The notes beneath the pieces are model-generated. The model was not told where the DNA came from. It saw nothing but the letters and a program-made list of their open reading frames with translations, and searched no databases. Positions 1-5,545 of a stretch of DNA of 20,000 nt are shown here, piece by piece. The number at the start of each line of letters is the position of its first letter. Position 1 is the first letter of the stretch. Made by a program: the position numbers and the translations under genes. This stretch comes from an uncultured virus (IMG/VR IMGVR_UViG_3300032266_000637) (Duplodnaviria > Heunggongvirae > Uroviricota > Caudoviricetes): IMG/VR virus record IMGVR_UViG_3300032266_000637; one strand, given 5' to 3'.

Positions 1-175
1 GAATTTGGTGATCCAAAACCTGGCCAGCCTCGGGCTGCTCAGCTTGTTTAATAAACTCTTTGCAACAATTCACTAATATTTCTTGGGCATCATCGTAATG
101 GATCTGCCCCTCGTCCCATTGTTCGTGAATGTCATTGACCGAAAAGTGTAAGCTATCGATTGTGTATAAATTCAT
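1..175 (-). CDS. Small early hypothetical protein (3' end runs off the window)
   Basis: Manual translation MNLYTIDSLHFSVNDIHEQWDEGQIHYDDAQEILVNCCKEFIKQ...; GGAGG RBS at 184-180; ATGA overlap with the upstream ORF. Confidence 0.75.
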   Translation of the reverse strand, partial: MNLYTIDSLHFSVNDIHEQWDEGQIHYDDAQEILVNCCKEFIKQAEQPEAGQVLDHQI

Positions 176-318
176 ACTACCTCCTTAAATTTAACTTCAA
201 ATGTACAAAAGTCTTCGTCACATTTTAAACAAGCAAACTGGTAACCCTCGCTTACCTTGTTTGGTTCTTGGGTAAGCAAACCACTACAATGTTTGCAGAA
301 TGGTTTGTAGTTTTTCAT
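172..318 (-). CDS. 48-aa zinc-ribbon-like protein (CxxC...CxxC)
   Basis: Not in the ORF track. Translation MKNYKPFCKHCSGLLTQEPNKVSEGYQFACLKCDEDFCTFEVKFKEVV; ATGA overlaps with neighbours at both ends. Confidence 0.75.
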   Translation of the reverse strand: MKNYKPFCKHCSGLLTQEPNKVSEGYQFACLKCDEDFCTFEVKFKEVV

Positions 319-536
319 TTGATAATGCTCCTATCTCTATAAGGTTTATTTAATTGATACTCGTCACACTCGATGCCATGTTGATCCCCAAACATAAACC
401 AATCGGGTTCAAGATTACATTGTTTAGTGTGAATACGCAATGCCTCTAATACTGTTTCAATAGCAGTATCGTCACTTTTACTATATGCCTCGAATGAGAA
501 ATTGCGACTGTCATAATACGCACGATAGATTTTCAT
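315..536 (-). CDS. Early hypothetical protein, 73 aa
   Basis: ORF track; ATGA coupling with both neighbours. Confidence 0.75.
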   Translation of the reverse strand: MKIYRAYYDSRNFSFEAYSKSDDTAIETVLEALRIHTKQCNLEPDWFMFGDQHGIECDEYQLNKPYRDRSIIK

Positions 537-898
537 GATAGTTTCTCCGTTAAGTTACCCTCGTTCCACATCGCTCTTGCAAAACTGATAATGTCATCAC
601 TTACTGGGAAATCATAACCCTCGGCATGATGCTCGATTACATCGATGGGGCATTCTGTTTCTGTTGGGAAATTGTCACCCCACAATTCACCCCATGGTTT
701 GTCGTTGGTTTTTTCTACCCAGTAATCACAAACACCAACTTCCATTGAACGCATTACCATAGCATTCATGCAATCCAAGGACAAGTAACCCCAATTGGAT
801 AGTTCATTACGAACATCCAAAACATTCTTGTTGGGGTTGTTTGCCATATATTCCTTGATATAGCTATCATCTACTTCAAATACCATTTTGATTTTCAT
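533..898 (-). CDS. Early hypothetical acidic protein, 121 aa
   Basis: ORF track; AAGGAG RBS at 910-905. Confidence 0.8.
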   Translation of the reverse strand: MKIKMVFEVDDSYIKEYMANNPNKNVLDVRNELSNWGYLSLDCMNAMVMRSMEVGVCDYWVEKTNDKPWGELWGDNFPTETECPIDVIEHHAEGYDFPVSDDIISFARAMWNEGNLTEKLS

Positions 899-987
899 AA
901 CATTCTCCTTGTTGAAGACTCAATATTACTGCCACTACAATAAAAGTAAATAGGTAGAAACCCTGGTCCCGGGACCAGGGATTACCC

Positions 988-1209
988 CTATTGATTCTCA
1001 AGGCTGCCTTGCACTTCTATTTCTGCGACTCGCCAATCTTTGTGGTTAAAATCTTCTAAGTAACCCATTTCAACTGCTAGTTCACAATCCATAATGAAAT
1101 CTTGCAGTTCAAAGAATGCATCATCTTTAGTATCGTAAAAAACTGGAGGTTCACAAGTGTCCTCCCAGTCACCATTTGCAAGTAAGGTTTGGATTTGCCA
1201 TTTTTTCAT
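988..1209 (-). CDS. Early hypothetical acidic protein (start revised to MKKWQIQ..., 73 aa)
   Basis: ATG at 1209 overlaps the stop of the upstream gene (ATGA) and has GGAGGA upstream; the longer start at 1245 would overlap the upstream CDS. Confidence 0.75.
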   Translation of the reverse strand: MKKWQIQTLLANGDWEDTCEPPVFYDTKDDAFFELQDFIMDCELAVEMGYLEDFNHKDWRVAEIEVQGSLENQ

Positions 1210-1409
1210 TTGATCCTCCGCACCCAATGGTTGCCAGTAATGCAAGAAAATTCAGCATAGTCATTAACATCAAGTGATTTCACCATGTCAATTTCTACTT
1301 CACCATACCCACGATCTTCAGTAAAGAAATCCTCATCGTGGTATGCAAGCATGGATCTATTGTCCGCATCACGATAGCCATCACCCCAAAAACATTCAAA
1401 TAGTTTCAT
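1206..1409 (-). CDS. Early hypothetical protein (start MKLFECFW..., 67 aa)
   Basis: GGAG RBS 6 nt upstream of ATG 1409; ORF track gives the same frame. Confidence 0.75.
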   Translation of the reverse strand: MKLFECFWGDGYRDADNRSMLAYHDEDFFTEDRGYGEVEIDMVKSLDVNDYAEFSCITGNHWVRRIK

Positions 1410-1671
1410 CAAATACTCCATAGTCGTTTTCTACATCCATGATCTGATTGAAATCAAAATCATAGTCCAGTTTGCCACCTACTACTTTCCAATCTCCTTG
1501 GAAGAATGGGTACGATTCAACATAGCCACCATCTTGGCTATCATCTGCGTCCATATCCAAAAAGATCAATTCACGAACAGTTTCCATACTGTCACGATCG
1601 CCCAGTTTGAGATTTACCCAAACTTCACAATCGTATTTTTGATTAAATATTGCATATGTATTGCTCATCAT
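1396..1671 (-). CDS. Early hypothetical acidic protein, 91 aa
   Basis: ORF track; AGGGAG RBS; ATGA overlap with the upstream ORF. Confidence 0.75.
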   Translation of the reverse strand: MMSNTYAIFNQKYDCEVWVNLKLGDRDSMETVRELIFLDMDADDSQDGGYVESYPFFQGDWKVVGGKLDYDFDFNQIMDVENDYGVFDETI

Positions 1672-1814
1672 TTGCTCCCTTTAATTAATAATTCAACAAA
1701 TAATTTAGCATGAGTAGATTGCTCAAATGTAGCTACCCAATACTTTCGTGTTGCCTCTTCGATCCTAAATACTTTCCAAGTAAAATCGGGATCTTTTACT
1801 ATTTCAAAATTCAT
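1668..1814 (-). CDS. 48-aa early hypothetical protein
   Basis: Not in the ORF track. Translation MNFEIVKDPDFTWKVFRIEEATRKYWVATFEQSTHAKLFVELLIKGSK; AAGGGAG RBS; stop overlaps the next start. Confidence 0.7.
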   Translation of the reverse strand: MNFEIVKDPDFTWKVFRIEEATRKYWVATFEQSTHAKLFVELLIKGSK

Positions 1815-1935
1815 GCTTTGCTCCCTTGTTTTAGTTAACTACTGACTCCAACAAAAACCACTCTATAGAATGGTTTTTAGTAGGTCAATAATGGTTTACC
1901 CTAATCCTGGCCGTGGTATAAAAACAACACTTAGG

Positions 1936-2109
1936 TTAGGGGTTGATCAATCCCTCATCCAGTAACTGGCGAAGGGTACGCCCAAAAAACCCTTGTAACC
2001 CATAACCTATACGACTGTCATGCAAGTGTTGCCAAGCTTGTAATACTTGCTCTTCACTATCGCATTCGATAAACCCCTCTGCAATTCCAACTGCTTGATA
2101 GCTATCCAT
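1936..2109 (-). CDS. 57-aa conserved phage protein (AWQxLxD...LQGxxGR type)
   Basis: Not in the ORF track. Translation MDSYQAVGIAEGFIECDSEEQVLQAWQHLHDSRIGYGLQGFFGRTLRQLLDEGLINP; GGAGG RBS at 2120-2116; motif resembles a common small phage early protein family. Confidence 0.8.
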   Translation of the reverse strand: MDSYQAVGIAEGFIECDSEEQVLQAWQHLHDSRIGYGLQGFFGRTLRQLLDEGLINP

Positions 2110-2452
2110 TTATATCCTCCATTTGTTTTAACTGCTCAATTGTGTGAGATTTTAAAAACTTTTTTACTTCATTTTTGGTTTTGAATAAACCTAGTGTTTT
2201 GGGGTTAATTTGATTTTCGTCCATCATCAAATCTATCATTACACAAAAACGATAGTAAGCATCATCGCTAGGGTTATAGCATTCACTTTTATTTTTGTTT
2301 TTGTAATCGCAATAAACTAGGATATATTCATGCTCCCCTATTTCTTTACCGATACAAGGGCAAGCATCATTTTTATATGAGAAATCAGAAAAACCCTCAA
2401 TTACTGGGAGGGTATCGTCATACCTAGGAAATGCATATTCAATTAGTGACAT
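2102..2452 (-). CDS. Early hypothetical protein, 116 aa
   Basis: ORF track; AGGGAG RBS within the end of the upstream gene; SYKNDACP motif. Confidence 0.75.
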   Translation of the reverse strand: MSLIEYAFPRYDDTLPVIEGFSDFSYKNDACPCIGKEIGEHEYILVYCDYKNKNKSECYNPSDDAYYRFCVMIDLMMDENQINPKTLGLFKTKNEVKKFLKSHTIEQLKQMEDING

Positions 2453-2454
2453 TT

Positions 2455-2694
2455 TTATGCTCCCTTTAATAAGTTTTTTAATTCTTGCTTTAATACTTTG
2501 GCATCGTTACCCCTAAAGGTTGATGCATTAGCTAAAAAATACATAATGACACTTCGAGCATCATCATAGATATATTTTGAATGAATGTTATCTAGATACT
2601 CCATTGCATCTAAATATGGTTTAGCTCCGAAATAGGGTTTTGCCCAAACCCGTTTTATATCTCTTGCAATACTACTGATTGATCTTTTTTCCAT
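2455..2694 (-). CDS. Conserved phage early protein (IARDIKRVW..PYFGAKPYLDAM...YFLANASTFRG), 79 aa
   Basis: ORF track; AAGGGAG RBS; motif recognisable from a widespread phage hypothetical family. Confidence 0.8.
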   Translation of the reverse strand: MEKRSISSIARDIKRVWAKPYFGAKPYLDAMEYLDNIHSKYIYDDARSVIMYFLANASTFRGNDAKVLKQELKNLLKGA

Positions 2695-2769
2695 TTGCTT
2701 ATGCTCCCTTGTTTACTGGTTAAAAAAGTGTTGCTATACATACATTTTAATAGTTTGCCTAGTATTTTG

Positions 2770-3017
2770 GTAAACTAAAAACCCTAATAGGGTTAACCCT
2801 GATAAATGGGGGGCAAAATGCCTGTTGAGAATGATTATCAATTAAGCATACCCCTAAAATCGATTTAAACGGGTTTTGGAGGGTTTTGATGGGTTTGCTC
2901 ATAAGTGCATTGGGAGGGTGTCGATCGTTTAACTGGGGACGATCTGATCGTTAGGGTTTACCCTTACCGGGATGTTGTTTTGCAGCAACACTTTGCTTGT
3001 CAATAGGTAAAAACCCT
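2770..3017. repeat. Copy A of a ~240-bp diverged direct repeat (regulatory cassette)
   Basis: Aligns with 3816-4050; shares GTAAACTAAAAACCCTAATAGGGT, a Fur box, an identical 25-mer ATTTAAACGGGTTTTGGAGGGTTTT, GATCGT-N10-ACGATC, TAGGGTTTACCCT and CTTGTCAATAGGT. Confidence 0.95.
2826..2840. promoter_or_regulatory. Fur box (7-1-7) TGAGAATGATTATCA
   Basis: One mismatch to the TGATAAT-N-ATTATCA Fur consensus. Confidence 0.75.
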
Positions 3018-3053
3018 GTGTGTTGTTTTCATACCACGGCCAGGTTTTTAGGT

Positions 3054-3080
3054 AAAAAAAAACCCTCCAATTGGAGGGTT
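3054..3080 (-). terminator. Intrinsic terminator of the gp88-like gene
   Basis: Perfect palindrome AACCCTCCAATTGGAGGGTT (3061-3080) followed on the minus strand by a T-run, 20 nt after the stop at 3101. Confidence 0.8.
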
Positions 3081-3100
3081 ATAGGGTTTTACCTAATTGC

Positions 3101-3739
3101 TTAGTGATATTTATAGGAAATATTAGGAATTGATTTATCCCAACAATTGCGACAATCTAAGCATTTTCCGCCTTGCTTATAACTAGGGCATTCTGTGCCA
3201 ATTGCACTATTAACTAAATGTACTGTGGATGTATTGGAAAATTTTGGAGGGTTACTATCCCTTTTTGTTGCAGATACTCTCACAATTAAATTAGTAGGAA
3301 AATCCCCAAAAGTATCTTGATATTGCTTTACTAAATTACTCTCTTTAGTGGGTATCCAAAATTTAGTATTAGGGCATTGCTCCGCAACACTCACAATATT
3401 AAGCAAGTGTTGGAATGATTGAATATCTCCGCTATCATGCCATCTAAAATATTGCATTTGTTGCTTATTGATAATAAATACCATAGCGTCAATCCATTGT
3501 GGATTTGTAAGGGTTTGATATCTCCGCTCATGAGCAATATCTATTGTTTTGGCATAGCGTACATAATTACCCTTAAGAGCGTAACAATTATGACAAACTG
3601 TACCCTCTATTTTTGCAAGCTTTGATCCAGTATTACAACGCTTTGCTGATATTGAATAGCTAGAACATGGCATTTTAGATGGAGCGGATAACCCCCCAAC
3701 AATTTCTAAAGCTTGTTTAATGGTTTTGATTTGTTGCAT
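3101..3739 (-). CDS. Gp88-like Cys-rich phage protein, 212 aa
   Basis: Motifs LSAPSKMP, CNTGSKL...VCHNCYALKG, FRWHDSGD and C-terminal CPS...CLDCRNCW match the mycobacteriophage Gp88-like family as I recall it; GGAGG RBS. Confidence 0.75.
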   Translation of the reverse strand: MQQIKTIKQALEIVGGLSAPSKMPCSSYSISAKRCNTGSKLAKIEGTVCHNCYALKGNYVRYAKTIDIAHERRYQTLTNPQWIDAMVFIINKQQMQYFRWHDSGDIQSFQHLLNIVSVAEQCPNTKFWIPTKESNLVKQYQDTFGDFPTNLIVRVSATKRDSNPPKFSNTSTVHLVNSAIGTECPSYKQGGKCLDCRNCWDKSIPNISYKYH

Positions 3740-3815
3740 ACATCCTCCAATTGTTTAGTTAATTAGGATATTGCTCACCTAATACTATAATTTTAAAGCT
3801 TTGTGCAATAAATTA

Positions 3816-4050
3816 GTAAACTAAAAACCCTAATAGGGTAAACCCTAGGTTTTGCCTGTTGATAATCATTCTCATTTGACTATGCCCCTAAAAACCATTT
3901 AAACGGGTTTTGGAGGGTTTTACTGGTTTTGCTTACAAGTGCATTAGAGGGTTAGTGATCGTTTAATATGGCACGATCTGAGACTTAGGGTTTACCCTAG
4001 GCCAGGTGTTGTGTGAATACAACAGTCACTTGTCAATAGGTGTTTACCCT
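3816..4050. repeat. Copy B of the ~240-bp direct repeat cassette
   Basis: See copy A at 2770-3017. Confidence 0.95.
3860..3874. promoter_or_regulatory. Fur box (7-1-7) TGATAATCATTCTCA
   Basis: One mismatch to consensus; exact reverse complement of the box in copy A. Confidence 0.75.
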
Positions 4051-4191
4051 AATTGCTGTTTAAGTGTCGTATATTTGCAACATGGTCGGTTTGCCTAAAT
4101 ATTAAGCAGATTAGCCCTATACCTCTCGCACCCGCATAAGTCAATAGGTACATTCCCTGATAGGGTAAACCCTGATTGGGCAATTTGCTTA

Positions 4192-4422
4192 TGCACCAAC
4201 TTGGTGCTGGTCCAATGCACCAGATTGGTGCGCCTGGTTAGTGAGTACTTACTAACTTGCCCCATTGTTAGCGTCCACTAACTTGCTGCATTGCACAACT
4301 TACCAATGCACCAGATTGGTGCTGGTCCAAAGTGAGTGAGTGCTTACTTACCAGGTGCACCAGATTGGTGCGCTTGGCAATGTGAGTAAGTGCTAACTTA
4401 CCTAATGCACCAAGTTGGTGCG
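4192..4422. promoter_or_regulatory. Five NtrC-consensus boxes TGCACCA-N3-TGGTGCK
   Basis: 4192-4208, 4216-4232, 4307-4323, 4356-4372, 4406-4422; each matches TGCACCAnnnTGGTGCA at all but the last base. Confidence 0.8.
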
Positions 4423-4475
4423 GCCGGTAAGTTAGTGAGTGCTTACTTCAATCAGGTGAGTGAGTACTTACTAAC
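4237..4475. repeat. Five copies of a 20-bp imperfect palindrome GTKAGTRAGTRCTWACTWAC, interleaved with the NtrC boxes
   Basis: 4237-4256, 4332-4351, 4382-4401, 4431-4450, 4456-4475. Confidence 0.9.
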
Positions 4476-4593
4476 TTGTCAGGTTAGAGCGTTGTTATTC
4501 TGCAACAAGGCAAAGGGGTGTTGTTTTTGCGCCACACCACCACTTTACGACTCCCTGAGTTTTGGGGCGGGGAGGCTCCAACCAAACCCAAGG

Positions 4594-4995
4594 TCTTGTC
4601 GATTTCCTATACATGTTTTTTGGATATGTATATTTTTTTTAATTTTTTATACATATTGACTGACTTGTATAGTAATAAGACAGGATACGATTTTTATATC
4701 GCGGCGCACCATTTTTGCTCTAAGTTTTTGTTTTATAAGGAAAAGTACTGACTTGTATAGTAATAAGGTGACAGGGTACAAAAACGCATCCTGTCTCCAA
4801 AACGCTTGTAAGTTATTGTTCTATAAGGGCTGTATAGTAATAAGACAGGGTATCCATAGTATTTCTTTATTTTTTATTTTTAATTTAAAAAAATAAAATA
4901 ACATATACAGCATAAACTTGGAATTACTGTGGATACTATGGATACCCTGCCTCCTTCTATACAAGTTTGTGGATTTAGGGCGCAACTTGTATAGA
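4594..4995. repeat. Iteron-like TGTATAG...ACAGGRTA repeats and inverted repeats around AT-rich cores (candidate origin or packaging site)
   Basis: Direct copies 4659-4688, 4747-4779, 4831-4855; perfect 17-bp inverted repeat 4846-4862 / 4933-4949. Confidence 0.8.
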
Positions 4996-5012
4996 ACTTG
5001 CATAAGTAGTTA
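4976..5012 (+). promoter_or_regulatory. Putative late promoter 1, TAGGGCG-N15-TTGCATAAGTAGT
   Basis: One of four copies with identical spacing; ATG at 5014. Confidence 0.8.
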
Positions 5013-5013
5013 C

Positions 5014-5274
5014 ATGAAGAGAATCAATCCAGATACCAACCAACCGTTCAAGTACGGCGACAAGCGCGCTGACGGAATGGTATTCTTTAACTACCGTAGC
5101 GATAAACTACTCACCGGGTTTCAAGGTGAGCGTTGGTTAACGCCAGCAAAGTTCTTATTGGCTGAAGCAAGGGATCGGTTCCTTAAGCATAAAAAACGAC
5201 GGCAAGATGGGAAACCCATAAGGATGACAAGAGGCAAGAATGAAAGATTGCGAGATAAAGAAGCCCATGTCTAA
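5014..5274 (+). CDS. Basic 86-aa protein (MKRINPDTNQPFKYGDKRADG...), possibly nucleic-acid binding
   Basis: Start revised from 4918 to the ATG directly after the late promoter; N-terminus resembles motifs seen in phage endonuclease-associated proteins (weak). Confidence 0.65.
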   Translation: MKRINPDTNQPFKYGDKRADGMVFFNYRSDKLLTGFQGERWLTPAKFLLAEARDRFLKHKKRRQDGKPIRMTRGKNERLRDKEAHV

Positions 5275-5545
5275 GAACTATGTTTACCAGATCAAGGGCA
5301 TTATGGAACTGCCCAACAAAGAAATCGGTGCGATCCGAGTTGCTATATGCTCAGTTGATATACTTGACTATGTGGATGTGCCAGCAGCCATATTTAACAA
5401 AGAGCTTCTTGCCTACCTCAAGTATCGATTGGCAGTAAACAACTATGTCGATGTGCGTAAGTTTCCAGACAAGATCACCAACCAGCTTAGAACCCCACTG
5501 AATACCTATCTGGATAACTGGGTGTTGTCTTCCTCCTTCAAGTAA
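5267..5545 (+). CDS. Hypothetical protein, 92 aa (MSKNYVYQIKG...)
   Basis: ORF track frame; 8-nt overlap with the upstream gene; TAATG coupling to the next gene. Confidence 0.7.
   Translation: MSKNYVYQIKGIMELPNKEIGAIRVAICSVDILDYVDVPAAIFNKELLAYLKYRLAVNNYVDVRKFPDKITNQLRTPLNTYLDNWVLSSSFK

Noticed and set aside
3969..3985. TGGCACG as a sigma-54 -24 element partnering the NtrC boxes
   Set aside because: No TTGC/GC at -12 (reads TGGCACGATCTGAGA), and the equivalent position in cassette A differs (GGGGACG)
2770..4050. Transposon or IS interpretation of the repeats flanking the gp88-like gene
   Set aside because: No transposase or recombinase, no terminal inverted repeats or target-site duplication seen
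4130..4145. GCATAAGT as a fifth late promoter
   Set aside because: Lacks the TT prefix, the AGT suffix and the GGGCG element at 15 nt
4192..4475. CRISPR array interpretation of the regularly spaced palindromic repeats
   Set aside because: Repeats are only 17-20 bp, the 'spacers' are themselves a second repeated palindrome, the period is ~25/50 bp, and no cas genes are present
4390..5003. ORF-track ORFs 4390..4659, 4518..4751, 4821..5003 and the 4918 start
   Set aside because: They run through repeats and AT-rich low-complexity DNA, lack RBSs and give implausible proteins; the real start is likely 5014
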